Assembly: GCA_951406725.2 (NCBI GenBank)
Contig: OX597829.1
Location: forward strand, 44,082,001 to 44,146,000
DNA: 64,000 bases
Direction: 5' to 3'
Origin: Octopus vulgaris
Taxonomy: Eukaryota
Positions 14,724 through 28,077 of the stretch are shown piece by piece (position 1 is the first letter of the stretch; the number at the start of each line of letters is the position of its first letter). The position numbers and the translations under genes were made by a program. The notes below the pieces were generated by a model. The model did not search any database, was not told the DNA's origin, and was given only the letters and a program-made list of their open reading frames with translations.

Positions 14724-15123
14724 TTTACTCTTTTACTCTTTTACTTGTTTCAGTCATTTGACTGCGGCCATGCTGGAGCACCACCTTTAGTCGAGCAAAT
14801 CGACCCCGGAACTTATTCTCTGTAAGCCCAGTACTTATTCTATCGGTCTCTTTTGCCGAACCGCTAAGTGACGGGGACGTAAACACACCAGCATCGGTTG
14901 TCAAGCAATGCTAGGGGGGCAAACACAGACACACAAACACACATACACATACATATATACGACAGGCTTCTTTCAGTTTCCGTCTACCAAATCCACTCAC
15001 AAGGCATTGGTCGGCCCGGGGCTATAACAGAAGACACTTGCCCAAGATGCCTCGCAGTGGGACTGAACTCGGAACCATGTGGTTGGTTAGCAAGCTACTT
15101 ACCACACAGCCACTCCTGCACCT
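14724..15123 (-). mobile_element. SINE family 1
   Basis: Full-length reverse-complement copy. Confidence 0.9.
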
Positions 15124-15306
15124 ATGCCAATATTTCTCTTTTTCTTGCGAAAAAACTGGCCGTTCTTGCTCAAAGTAAGGAAATTAACTTCAAAAATCAT
15201 TTCTCAATTTCTTAAAATTATCATTACTCTTCATTGAGTAATGATAATTACTCTTCATAAGCATTTATTTCCAGCTTCATTGTTTTAACCCGAGAGGAGA
15301 ACTTTC

Positions 15307-15849
15307 GGTACTACTTAAATACAGAGGTCCCGACGCATCTACGTAACGATATAAAGGGGAGATAATCTAGTTTTTTACCAAAACTACTGTGACTTCACAT
15401 AAGCGGACCTTGTGTAAGTCGAAAGTAAAAACTAACCCTAACCCTAAACCCTAAACCCTAACCCTAAACCCTAACCCTAAACCCCAACCCTAACTCCAAA
15501 CCTCAGACCCCAACCCTAACCCTAAACCCCAACCCTACCCCCAAACCCCAAGCCCCAACCCTAACCCTAAACCCCAACCCTAACCGTAAACCCTAACTCC
15601 AAACCTCAAACCCCAACCCTAACCCCAAACCCCAAACCCCAACCCTAACCCTAAACCTCGACTCTAACGAGTGTGCACTATAAAAACATTAGATTAAGAT
15701 CAGACGATATCATGGGGAAAAGGATCGGAGTAAAACAGACGATATTGTGCTGCTCCTTACATCATTAACAGTAGTTTTGGTAAAACTAGATTACCTCACC
15801 TTCATATAGTTACATAAATTCACCGGTACCTTTGTATTTAATTAGTGCC
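15307..15849. mobile_element. MITE with ~85 bp imperfect TIRs and an internal telomere-like (CCCTAA/CCCTAAA) tract
   Basis: Left arm GGTACTACTTAAATACAGAGGT..CTAGTTTTTTACCAAAACTACTGT. Right arm ACAGTAGTTTTGGTAAAACTAG..ACCTTTGTATTTAATTAGTGCC. Flanks GAACTTTC/GAAATTCC match 6 of 8. Telomere-like tract at ~15432-15668. Confidence 0.8.
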
Positions 15850-16363
15850 GAAATTCCAGTTGCCGAATTATTTGTGTATAGCTCATAGTGCATCTGTTAA
15901 CTTAATTTTGAAATTTCTGCCTTCGCTCATTTGAGCTATTCCCAAAACTTCATTTTACTGTTGATTATGAATATTATTTTATGCAAAATATTTATAACTC
16001 TTCTTGTATATTTATAAAATCAACCCTATAACATACTGATGAATTCTAACAGACCGAGACGTATACTGATTGTTCTTCCTTTCCTGGAAACCAACGTCAT
16101 CCTGCTGTTATGCTGGAGTACCGTCTTGAAGGGTTTTTAGCAGAACAAATACAACCCAGTATTTTTATTTTAAGACTGATACTTATTATATCGGTCTCTT
16201 TTTGCCGAACCAAACAAGTCTAGCAAAAAAATGTATAATGCTGTTCAACAATGCTACACAGAAAGAATCAGAAGGCAAGGAATTGTATTCAAGTTCAAAA
16301 TACGATACTTTATTTGCTGTTTTCAAACAACGTTGAACACACGTATATTACAGGAAATTTAAG

Positions 16364-16685
16364 GGTACTACTTAAGAAGAGTGGTCCCGGTGCGCGCACT
16401 CGCGCACTCCCGTACTCGCGTATCCGCGCTAGCTAGTCGTGACTAGTCGATACTACAACAACTACCTAGCAAAGACAAAATAAATAATTTTTTTTACACA
16501 AAGTAAATAATTTTTTTAAAACAAAGTAAATAAAACAACATAAACACAAAGTAAATAATTTTTTTAAAACAAAAGTAAATAAAACACAAAAACACAAAGT
16601 AAGGATCGACTAGTCACGACTAGCTAGCGCGGATGCGCGAGTACGCGAGTGCGCGCACCGGGACCACTCTTCTTAAAGTAGTACC
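16364..16685. mobile_element. MITE with GC-rich ~85 bp TIRs
   Basis: GGTACTACTTAAGAAGAGTGGTCCCGGTGCGCGCACTCGCG..GCTAGCTAGTCGTGACTAGTCGAT is mirrored at ~16605-16685. Flanks AAATTTAA(G)/AAATTTCA. Confidence 0.9.
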
Positions 16686-16975
16686 AAATTTCAATGTTGT
16701 GTGCAAGCAATCCAAATTTTACACCTTCAGTCAGACAGGAATAACGTAACTAATCGAGAAGACATTCAGATACACTTACTAATTATTACAAGTTCTTTAG
16801 GTCAGAGCTGAATATCCATCCATAGTACGAAGTTGGACAACTAGTCTTGCTGAAGCGGTCAATTTCAGCCAACAGGATAACACGATATAATAAGCCTCAT
16901 AACGGCTTAGAAAGAAGAAGACGAATGTCAAGTGAAGAAGTGGGCATAAGGGTTCTGAGTTGCTAAAAAAACAAA

Positions 16976-17861
16976 GGATCTTTTCGGTTTGAACGGCAGT
17001 TTTTTCTAGCGATGTCATATGAAATTGTCACCCATAATTATGACCCTAGTATCGATCTATTGCATTTCAATCTGTTTTAGGGTTAGGGTTATAGAGTTAG
17101 GGGTGGGTGGAAGGGTATCTTTTTTCTTCAGAAATGTAAATAAACCCAATCTGTTTCTTAAACGAGAGACATATTCATACGGTACAGAATGGGTTTTTTT
17201 TAAAACTCAATAGACGTCAATGATTGGTTGAAATTGCAGAAATTGAAAAAAAAAAACAACAAATATCTTACAAACTATAGAATTTTCTCAATAAAGCCAA
17301 GAGAAAAAGATGTTTTATAAACACATTCTACTAGTATACGAAGTTTATAAAAGTGTTTATAGTTACGTGGAAATTATTTTTAAAAAACTGCCGTTCAAAC
17401 CGAAAAGATCCCAAATATCTTACAAACCATAGAATTTTCTCAATAAAGCCAAGAGAAAAAGATGTTTTATGTAACACATTCTACCAGTATAGGAAGTTTA
17501 AAAGTGTTTATAGTTACGTGGAAATTATTTTAAAAAACTGCCGTTCAGACCGAAAAGATCCCAAATATCTTACAAACCATAGAATTTTCTCAATAAAGCC
17601 AAGAGAAAAAGATGTTTTATGTAACACATTCTACCAGTATAGGAAGTTTAAAAGTGTTTATAGTTACGTGGAAATTATTTTAAAAAACTGCCGTTCAGAC
17701 CGAAAAGATCCCAAATATCTTACAAACCATAGAATTTTCTCAATAAAGCCAAGAGAAAAAGATGTTTTATGTAACACATTCTACCAGTATAGGAAGTTTA
17801 AAAGTGTTTATAGTTACGTAGAAATTATTTTAAAAAACTGCCGTTCAAACCGAAAAGATCC
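16976..17861. mobile_element. MITE with 30-bp perfect TIRs, 8-bp TSD and a 4x150 bp tandem amplification of the right end
   Basis: TIR GGATCTTTTCGGTTTGAACGGCAGTTTTTT / AAAAAACTGCCGTTCAAACCGAAAAGATCC. TSD AAAACAAA on both sides. Right TIR ends at 17411, 17561, 17711 and 17861. Confidence 0.9.
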
Positions 17862-18109
17862 AAAACAAAAACTTAGCTTGGCAGTCATGGTGATTAAGAA
17901 ATTGAACAAGTAATCATTTTCCAGGTTCTAGACGAAGCGGACGGAATGAGAAGCTTGACAGACAGTACATTGTTAACAGTTCAACGTCTTCATAGCAAAC
18001 AAACTCAGCTTTTAGTTTTATTAGACGCGCTTTAAGACTTGGACGGAAGTTGTTTGAGTCTGCGCAACGCCATCTTTAACTGATCAGCGTCTGTCCCAAA
18101 CAACTAGCT

Positions 18110-18260
18110 CGAGCTCTGCAGTAAAATAAATAAATAAATTCGTCTTCTCTTAACTACAGAAGTTACGGGAGATGTAAACAAACTACAAGTCATCCAGCGG
18201 TTGCAGAAGACTAATACAAACATACACCACACACACACGCAACACACACACGCACACACG

Positions 18261-18310
<50 letters not shown>

Positions 18311-18500
18311 CACACACACACAATACACACATACACGCGCGCGCACACACATGCAAGCAACAGGCTTTTTTCTACCAAATCCATTCACAAGGTTTCTGTT
18401 GGTTCGGCTCTGTAGTAAATGATACTTTCAAAAAGTTGTCACACAGTAGCAAACCATGTGGTTGAAAAACAAGCTTCTTACCAAACAGCCATGTACATCT
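18110..18500 (-). mobile_element. Diverged SINE family 1 copy
   Basis: AAGTTACGGGAGATGTAAACA, (CA)n, TCTACCAAATCCATTCACAAGG. Confidence 0.65.
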
Positions 18501-18689
18501 ATTTAAGAAATTAAGTCTTAATTTTTTTGAAATTATTTCCTCTCTACCGCTAGACATCAAATAAGAATCAAATAAGTGGGACAAGTATCAAATAAGTGGA
18601 CAGCTCCGCGTTCTCTGCCGCCCGGCTTTTTGGTATCTGCACGCTGTGGGCCTGTTTGTAGGGTTCTTCTCTTCCGTTGTGATCCCTCC

Positions 18690-19520
18690 CTCGTCGGTTC
18701 GGTGATCCTTGGGAGCCCCAATTACTGACCTTGCTTTTGAGTCCATTTTCCAGCCGAAGGTGGCTGCCCTTGAGCAATTACTGAAGTATATTGAAGTAAT
18801 CGAATTCCATCAAGGTTTCTTCATACTTAAAAATTACCTTTCGATTCCTAAGCTTCTATATTTACTCAGAGTCAGCTCCTCTCCCCGGTTCCCATCATGC
18901 CTCCAAATCTTCGACAACCTAATCTTTGAAAGACTCGAATGCTTGGTCAATATCAGACTCTCTTCAATGTCCCGCGATCGGCTGCATTGCTCAAGCGATT
19001 TGGAGGTCTTCGTCCCTTTCTCTCTCTCTCTCTCTCTCTCTCCTTCTTCCTTTCTTCCACCCACGCCTGCTCCACCCTGTGAGCAACATCCTCTACTCTC
19101 CAACATGAACAGATTCCAATAGGGAGTTGGATGAAGCTCTCCAACATTGGAGTGAATTGGGCTTGTCTGTTCCTGAGAAGGTGGAGCACTGTCGGAGTCA
19201 GAGAGCTTGGAACAACATTATTTCGAAGGTCATCTTCGACTCCCTCTTCATCCAGTCGGACCAGTTTTCAAGATGCCGTTTACTGTCTGCTAGTGCCAAA
19301 TACTCAGGTGACTGTATTGATGCCATCCCTATGGTTAACGTTGGTGGCCTACTCAGCTTCGACGAACTTCGTGTCTCCATTGCCCTCAAAGTGGGAACTG
19401 ACGTCGGCATGGGCTTGACTTATCGTTGTGGCAAGCTCCTCGACTCCACAGGCCGCCTGACTGTTGGTCGCTTCGCGCGTCATACTCATACGCGTCATAC
19501 TCAAGGGGAAGCTTGGCCCG
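18690..19520 (+). mobile_element. Degenerate CRE-clade-like non-LTR retrotransposon fragment (end of RT to zinc finger)
   Basis: Consecutive frameshifted ORFs: LGAPI..FFILKNYLSIPKLLYLLR..FDNLI, then RLLSASAKYSGDCIDAIP..GGLLSFDELRVSIALKVG..CGKLLDSTG..GRFARH. This motif series is typical of CRE-type RLE elements; recognised from family knowledge, not from a search. Confidence 0.7.
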
Positions 19521-20023
19521 GGCAAACATTAAAAAAAGACAAGAATTTTCTTTTGACACACAGCATTTAGTACATGACTCTTTATCTTCTATAAAGCTAA
19601 TACTCTTGAATCATAAATAAGTATCACTCAGAATCCTTTTTTGTTGCTCAGAAAATTTCTCTGGTAATTGTAACAATTATTTTAGCGACTCCCAGTCCAA
19701 ATGAATTTGTTTATCATTCTCAATTCCGATTTTAAACTGCTAGTTCTGATATACCTCAAAGATTCCACTTTATCTTCCATACCTCTGGGATCGTCACCAA
19801 TCGAGATATATTCTCTATGACAAAACGCAGTGAGCAGCTTGTTCCCTAGTTCGACTGATAATAACATTACAATTTCACTTATCCCTGTTCAGCGCTCCTC
19901 CTCCATTAAACCTTATATTTATTTGTTCGGAATTTCTAGTACTGACTTCAAATCCTGCGAAGATCATCTTATTCCATTATACTTTTGCGGTTGATACATA
20001 ATGTACCAATCAAGCACAAAAAT

Positions 20024-20062
<39 letters not shown>

Positions 20063-20599
20063 GAACTGGCTACCCCATATTATTATTTAGATTAGTGGGA
20101 GATCATTAACATTGTCCCTTTCACCTGAAAAAAAGGGAAGGTTTGATCGGGAGACTAAATCTTATTAAAAAATTACATACAGCACTTAACGCAAATGAAG
20201 TTTTGCCTGTTGTTACTAAGCTAACTCTGATATTAAATGGTATAAGCGTTTTGTTCGCAGAAAAATACCTGTTTCTTCGTACATTGGAAGAAGAGGTGCA
20301 AATTACGGTACCTAGTGTCCCACCAGGCTTGCATTTATGGTGGATTCTCGCCTCTATTTATACGGACGGAGGGAGATAATTTCCTGGATGTTAAAAGATC
20401 GAGGAGGGAGAATTGACTTGGGACTACCTTGGAGGTTCTTTTCCACATGAAGCCTGAGCAGTTAGAGAAAGTCCCAGACTTGTCTTTTCTCTCGAATGAA
20501 GTAGAACTAAAGGTGAACGTGGAGGGCAGAAGGCTGAGGCGTCACAAACAGCACCAGACGGGTAAGTGACACTCCCTTTTCCTTTCCTTACTTCCTGGC

Positions 20600-23545
20600 C
20601 AGCATGGCGGCTCTTAAAGTAGGTTGTACAACTGTACGTGACCTGGGATCGTCGTGGAAGCAAGGACGCTAGCGCAATGACCCCAGGTTGCTAAGTCTGG
20701 ATGTAATAGCCGTCAGTGAGACCAGGATCGCGGGTACACGGGCTTTGGATCCCATTTTCGATGACTTTCAGATTTTTGCATCTCTTAGTCGACCGGGAAT
20801 GTGGCGGGGTGGGCAGTATTGTTCAGAAAAGGCTTAGATCACGAGATACGGTCGGTTTTCCTGGACCCGGATGGTAAGACGATGCTCCTGCACGTGAACG
20901 ATAACAAAGGCGGTGCTTTTAAACTGGTCACGGTGTATGAACCGACTGGTGCGGGTCAGTCGGAGTTCTTCAGATGTCTGGACGATTTTCTAGAGACGTC
21001 TCGCTCTTTACTGTTAGTGGGCGATCGGAACGCCATTTTGGATACATGTGTGGAATGGTTGGAACTAGCGGATAGGAAAGGGGGTGCACATGCCTCGCAA
21101 ATCTGCTCAATCGCTTCTAGCTGGCGGACGAGTTCAGACTGGATTTCCCGAACACTCCAGTATGGAAATGAGCAAACTGAATCGGGTCATCCGGATATTA
21201 TTTACATAGAGTAAATATTTACATAGAGTAAATAGAGTATTTACATAGAGTGTTGGCCAGCAGGGAGGAATAACATAGGTTGTCCACAATTTGAATTCCT
21301 CAACTACACTGACCACAAATTTGTGATCTATACGGTTGACCTAGATAGGCTCCCTAGGAAGAGACTCGGATACTGAAAGCTAGCCGTATTTTTCCCGGCG
21401 CGTCAAGCTTTCAGAGACCGGTTTAGAAAATTAGTCCATCGAAAATTAACGGGTGCTGTCGTCAAAAACCGTTGGTGAGTGGGTGGAGGTGGGTGGTTTA
21501 AAACCGGTGATTAGAGTAGAAGCTGTAGAATATAGCAGAGAGCTAGTGATAGAGAAGACTAGCGTATAGGGGGACCTAGTTAGAAAATTAGAAAAGGCGC
21601 TCAGTAGTGATCGACGTGCTGGCAGCGAGATTGGCTCTGAAACATTTCTTCAAAACCAAGCATGAAGGTTGCATTGTCAGAGCTAAGGCGCGTGTTCTAA
21701 AGCAGAGGGGAACGAAAGCCATTCGATAGCCCCAAGTTGTCGAGGCACAATATGGTAATAAAACTACAATTCGGTCTTTGAGGGGTCGGGACGGGTACAT
21801 TCCATACGAGTCGAAGAAGATTTGTGCGGAATTTCAGCAGCACTTTGCTGAACTGTACGGGTCGCGCGATGGTCCCGAGGCAGAAGTGAACTTCATTTCC
21901 TACTTATACCGCGGCTTTCCAACAGGGACGTGGAGTTCTTCAAATTTGACGATAACAGCTGAAGATATACGTGACACGTTGGCAAGTTGCACGAGGGTGA
22001 GGTCTCCGATATTGAATGGTCTGCCCTTCGAGCTTTATATACATATGCCAGACTTGTTTGGTGAGTTTTGGGGAGACGTCTACTGCAACTGGCAGCAGAA
22101 TGGGAGAAAACCTGGGTATGTGAGCTGAGATGTGGTGACACTACTGAGAAAGGATCCGAATAAGGACATTGTTGATAATTTTAGGCCAGTAACTCTGCTA
22201 AATACAGATTACAAAATTTTGGCCAAAGTGTGAGCAAAGAAGTTGGTGCTTGTCGATGACAGACTGATGGGTGATGCGCAGACATGCGCTATGCCCAGAA
22301 GAACTATACACGACAACCTCCACCTCAAGCGATACATCGTTAGAGAGGGTTGTTAAAGAACCTGGCATGGGTGGGGCCCTGATCCATTTGTATCAATCGA
22401 AAGGTTTTGATAGGGTCAACCTTCTGCACTTGGAGGTTATCCTCAAGGCGGCTTGTATCGATTTCGTTTTCAGAGTCTAGATCTCTGCAATGTGCAACGA
22501 CAGCTGTACGGTGGTTAAAGTAAATGGCCACCTCTTGGAATCGTTTAATATTGCCTGTTCAGTCCGTCAAGGATGCCCACTCTCACCCCTCTTCTACAAA
22601 CTGGAACTCGAACCATTACTGCGGAAGCTAGATGTGTCGAGGGGGGATCCCGCGTGAACTGAGATGCGGAAAGTTGGTGTTAGCGTATGCGGACGTAGTA
22701 ACCGTGATAGTATCAGACATCTCGTAAACCGAGATGGTCGGCAAAATCCTAAGGGAATACGAAGCGATGACAGGGGGAATGATCAACCAGGAGAAGTCAG
22801 TGGGCCTGCAGTTCGGCTACTGTAGAGACAAGCCCATGGCAACCAACAGCGTGGTGGGGCGCTGGACGGTAGGACCTGTTAAGGTGCTCGGGTTCTGGTA
22901 CGGTCCGGGTCTCCAAGTGGACATGAACTGGGGTGAGGTGACAGACAGGATGGCCAGTCTCACTCATAAATGGGCCGAGAGGAAGTTGTTCCTGAAAGGC
23001 CAGGTGGAGCTGGCGAACGCGTACATCGCATCTGTCATATACTACCGCCTGACTGTCGTCTCTTGCCCCGCTTCGTGGTTGAACGGGCTGGAGCGTTTGC
23101 TCTTCTGCTTCCTGTAGAGGGGACAGGTACCGCTTGTCAGGCGGCCTATTTGGTGTCAGCATCCGTTGCGTGGAGGAGTGGGTATGCCGTAGCTGAGGAT
23201 GCGCAGACATGTGCTGAGGCTGTGACATATCCAGTGATACCTTAACGGTGAGCAGGTGTGGTCACCGTTTGTTGAACGCGCTTTTTCACAGCTCCTTGGC
23301 GGAGCTACAGACCTGGATCAGGCGCAGACTGAGGTATGGCGCTTGGCACCTAGAGTGTCTCCAAGCGCTCACAGCCCTCAACCAGTTGGGTAATGCGGTG
23401 TGTGGAAGTTCCACTTTGCAGTTCTATAGGAATTAGTGGAGGCCAAGAGCGACAACGTACTCAAAGGAGTCCTGGGCGTCGAGGGGGATCAACTGGCCGG
23501 TCTCTTTCGATGGACTTTCGGGTCGAGAGCTATGGATAAGTTCGG
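20600..23545 (+). mobile_element. Degenerate L1/Tx1-clade LINE ORF2 (APE endonuclease + reverse transcriptase)
   Basis: APE motifs LDVIAVSETR (~20700), LLLVGDRNAIL and TDHKFV (~21310). RT motifs FRPVTLLNTDYKILAKV (~22180), SKGFDRV, SVRQGCPLSPLLY (~22560), AYADV (~22685), INQEKS and VKVLGFWY. Many stops. A possible ORF1 remnant lies from ~20140. Confidence 0.92.
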
Positions 23546-23859
23546 TGTGTGTATGATGTCTATATGATTATATATGTGATCCATTAGTCTTTTATTGTAC
23601 CTGCTTATTGCCGTCTAGTTGAAAATGTTTGACTTCTGCTGATGTTGAAATGTGCGATTTGAAGGTTGTGTGTGAATTGGGTTGTGCTTGTGACAGTGCT
23701 GTCTGTGATAGAGGTGGTGGTAAGGATGGTAGTGACGGGAATGGTGTTTGACAACGCTATCTCTGAAAGGACGGGCGAATGCATACATCGCATCCGCCAT
23801 ACATTATCACCTGACCTTCATGACTTGAGCCAGTTTACGACTGACCAAACTGGAGCGCG

Positions 23860-24172
23860 TACACTTCCGCTTTCTGTAGAAGAGGCGCGTTCTATTGGTC
23901 AGGCACTCCATTTGCTGTCAACATGCGCTGAGTGGAGGGCTTGACATGCTGTAGCTGCAGATGCGCAGACATGAGCCGAGGCTGTGACATCTTCAGCACC
24001 TCCTTGACGGTGAGCATGTGTGGTCACCGTTTGTCAAAAACAATTTTCCACAGTTCCTTTCTTTATCTGGATCAGTCCTGGGTCAAGCGTAGACTGAGGA
24101 AGTTCACCTTGTACCTAGAGTGTCGTCTAGCGTTCACAGTCCTTTGACAGTCGGGAAATGCGGTCGGTAGAA
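23860..24172 (+). mobile_element. Second fragment of the same Tx1-like family
   Basis: GATGCGCAGACATG..GAGGCTGTGACAT..ACGGTGAGCA.GTGTGGTCACCGTTTG repeats 23100-23400 with divergence. Confidence 0.75.
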
Positions 24173-24185
24173 TTATTATTATTAT

Positions 24186-24402
24186 TAAGGCCGTCAGCCG
24201 GCCGAATCGTTAGCATACCAGGCAAAATGCTTAAGAGTATTTCCTCCGTCTTTACGTTTTGAGTTCAAATTCCGTCGAGGTCGACTTCGCCTTTCATCCT
24301 TTCGGGTTCAACGAAATAATTACCAGTTGTATACTGAGGTCGATGTAATCGACTTACCCCGCCCTCAAAGTTGCTGGCTTCGTGCCAAAATTTGAAACCA
24401 TT
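24186..24402 (+). mobile_element. SINE family 2 (tail B-like)
   Basis: TAAGGC..GAGTTCAAATTCCG..CTTTCATCCTTTCGGG core. Confidence 0.8.
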
Positions 24403-24847
24403 ATTTTTGTTGGTGTTTGATTGGCAGAATCAATTTTTTTCTGTCGAGCAATTTTTTCTGTCGAGCAATTTTTTTCTGAACCACAACTTTCTGAATTCAG
24501 ATCCTACTGCAATTAACTTTACTTTCCACCCTTCCAGAGTAGATTAATTAAAGCATTATTGAAATAGAGGAACTTATGCAATTGGTTGTTCCTCCTTCAC
24601 TCAAAATAGCGGTTTTTATCTCTTTTAAGTTTTGAGTTCAAATCACGGGATGAACTTTGCCTTTTATCTTTCCAGCCCTTCCGTCGATGAAATAGAATAC
24701 CAGTCTGCCACTGGGGTCGATTATATCGAATAACTCATCCCGCCAAAATTTCTGTAACTGTGCAAAAATTAGAAACTTATTTTTACTATTTTAGTGCAAA
24801 ATATGAAAAAGTAAGTCAATATTTATTTAACTGCCATTAAAAAAAAA

Positions 24848-24885
<38 letters not shown>

Positions 24886-26214
24886 GAGCGAGAACTCTTT
24901 GACTTGTGTTTATCTGAAGTGTTTATCAAAAAATAATTATTTTCAGTGAAGTCAGGAAATAAGTTGTTCTCGAAGTTCATGCATTTTTTGCCAAGGGGCA
25001 TTTAGGGGACTATCCGGAGTCAAACATCTAACCAACCGGCAACACAGATTCTGCATATTTGACTGAGCTTAGCATCCTGAAACTTTCCGTTTGTATCAAC
25101 AGTCATGTGTCACGAGATCACCACGAAATAACGAAATATATTTACGTATGAGTTCAAGACTCCTCCGATCGCGGCTTCAAAGGGACCCAGTTTCTTTCCC
25201 ATCACTGAATCTTCAGGTATATATATATATCTTCAATCAATTAGTAATTAATTATTAAAAAGACAGTGTTTATCTTCTTTAAAATATATATATATTTTAA
25301 CTACTTTGAAAGATTGCATCTGAAGTACTTTCTCTTTGTTTTATCAAGCATATGTCAACTTGTCCATCACAGACGGAAGTCTGGGGACCTTATTTTATTT
25401 TATTTCATTTTTATTTTATTTTATTTTAGAAACATTTTTTTTTTTTTTGGTGAGGGTTTTGTCTACACAGATTTTGACTGTCGCCGTCTGTCTCCATCTG
25501 TCTGTCTATCTGTCTGTCTGTTGATTTTTGTCTCTCTACAAGCGTGCACATGTTAATCTATAATGAACGTACATGCATGCGTGTGCCTCCACACACGCAC
25601 ACACACGCACACACACATTCATACCCACGCACACACACACACACACACACACATTCATACCCACGCACACACGCGTAAGTCTTCTTTTACCTTTCCTTTT
25701 TTTTATTTTTTAATATTTTATTTACTAACCTTTTTATTTTTTTTTTCATGCATGAATATATATTTATTCTTTTATTTAAACTAGCTTTTCTTTTTTGCTT
25801 CTTATCTATTTTTTTTTTATGTGTTTTCGCCCTTAATCATTTATTTGTTTATTCATATAGTTTTACATTTTATTTTAGCTAACAAAAACACACACATATA
25901 CAAATACAAACATACACACACACACTCACTCACACACCACATTGATGCATACACACACACACACACACACACACATAAATATATATATACATATACAAAC
26001 ATACGTTCATACACACATACATATACACATATATATACATTCATGCACATACATGGGAAGAAAACTAAGTGCCTAATTCCTTAGATAGCCATTCATAAAA
26101 GACACTAAACCATGCGTAGCTATTGTTTGTAATGAAAAGACACATCCATTATAGCTATTGATGCAAACACAAATAAGAAAAACACAAGTTTAATACACTT
26201 ACTCTCCCCACCAC

Positions 26215-26256
<42 letters not shown>

Positions 26257-26651
26257 CCTCTCACTCTCTCACTCACTCAGTAGAGATCAGAAACGCTATG
26301 TGTGAGATGGCTAATAATACGGCCACCATTAAAATCATGTTTTCTTTCACACAGAGAACACACAGAGAACAAATACTAATCATATTGTACAATGTTTCTA
26401 CGTCCGTGAGCATTGTCGACACAACGCGCTAACACACACATATACACACATATACACACACATACATACACATACATACAAATACAATGCATTCAAACAC
26501 TCCTTCGCAAATACGAATACATCCACCCACCCTACACACAAACACACACACACATACACACCACATAAACACACACTCACAAACTCACAAACTTACACTC
26601 TTACTAATATCTCTGTATGTATGTGTGCGTGTGTTCGAGTGTGTATTTGAA

Positions 26652-26772
<121 letters not shown>

Positions 26773-26792
26773 GTATATATATAAATCTATAT

Positions 26793-26947
<155 letters not shown>

Positions 26948-27264
26948 GGGTATATATAGAGAGCTTGAATGTCTTCGAATGAGCCAGTACTCGTATGTAT
27001 GTGTGTGTACATATGCGGGATGGAAAGCATAGCAACGGATAATAGAAACTGACGCGGGCTGGCTAGTTGGGGATCGAACAACAAGCGTCTTGGTTACCAG
27101 TTAAACGCGTATTACATAAATACATTAGACGATACATAAGTGCCTGTCGTTCAGCTTGAACCCGACATATGCCTATCTGAGACTAACTATTTCTACTCCA
27201 TTGAAGTATTTTGACCTAGAACTATATGTGTATGCATTCGTGTGTGCATGCGTGCGTGCATGTA

Positions 27265-27335
<71 letters not shown>

Positions 27336-27841
27336 TTTATGTATGTATGTATATAAACACACACACATATACATACACGTACATATATATATATGTAGAT
27401 AAGTTTTGATAGAGTCAAGTGTCGTATTTGGCGCCTTGCTATCTGCTGGTATAGGAACCTGTTTTGCCAGTACCAGATTTTATGAGTGGTGTCGATAAGT
27501 TTAATGTCATCTTTAGATTTTCCTTTTAACTCTTCTATAATTTACAACCTTATTCTGTCAGCAACCCTTTTGAATGACTTTATATTTCTTAAATGTAGAC
27601 AGTTCCAATTGGAAATTTCTGTTGTACATGAACTACTGATTCACCAGCATATCACTGCTAGATTATATATTGTGGTAACCCTGGTGACTTGAGAGTTGCG
27701 TAATGTATTACGCATTCTTATAGATGTTGTGCATTATACATACCTGCCTGTACGATGTTATGTCACAGTAAAGACTCTCAATAAGATAGTTGTTGTAGCC
27801 ACCAGGTAACCCATTCGCCTGTCTTTGTCAAAGATATATAT

Positions 27842-28077
27842 TTCTTTATTACCCACAAGGGGCTAAACACAGAGAGGACAAACAAGGACAGACATAAGTA
27901 TTAAGTATTAAGTCGATTATATCGACCCCAGTGCGTAACTGGTACTTAATTTATCGACCCCGAAAGGATGAAAGGCAAAGTCGACCTCGGCGGAATTTGA
28001 ACTCACAACGTAACGGCAGACGAAATACCACTAAGCATTCCGCCCGGCGTGCTAACGTTTCTGCCAGCTCGCCGCCA
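27842..28077 (-). mobile_element. SINE family 2, full length (tail A)
   Basis: Reverse complement of 57477-57708. Confidence 0.9.

Noticed and set aside
15432-15668. True telomere or chromosome-fusion site
   Set aside because: Short, degenerate, single orientation and enclosed by MITE TIRs.
17353-17913. 186-aa ORF with a 50-aa repeat
   Set aside because: Artefact of the 150-bp tandem duplication inside a MITE.
27420-27830. Possible old CR1/L2 C-terminus on the minus strand (WNCL..LRNIKSFK)
   Set aside because: Only a short motif with a frameshift; needs a profile search.
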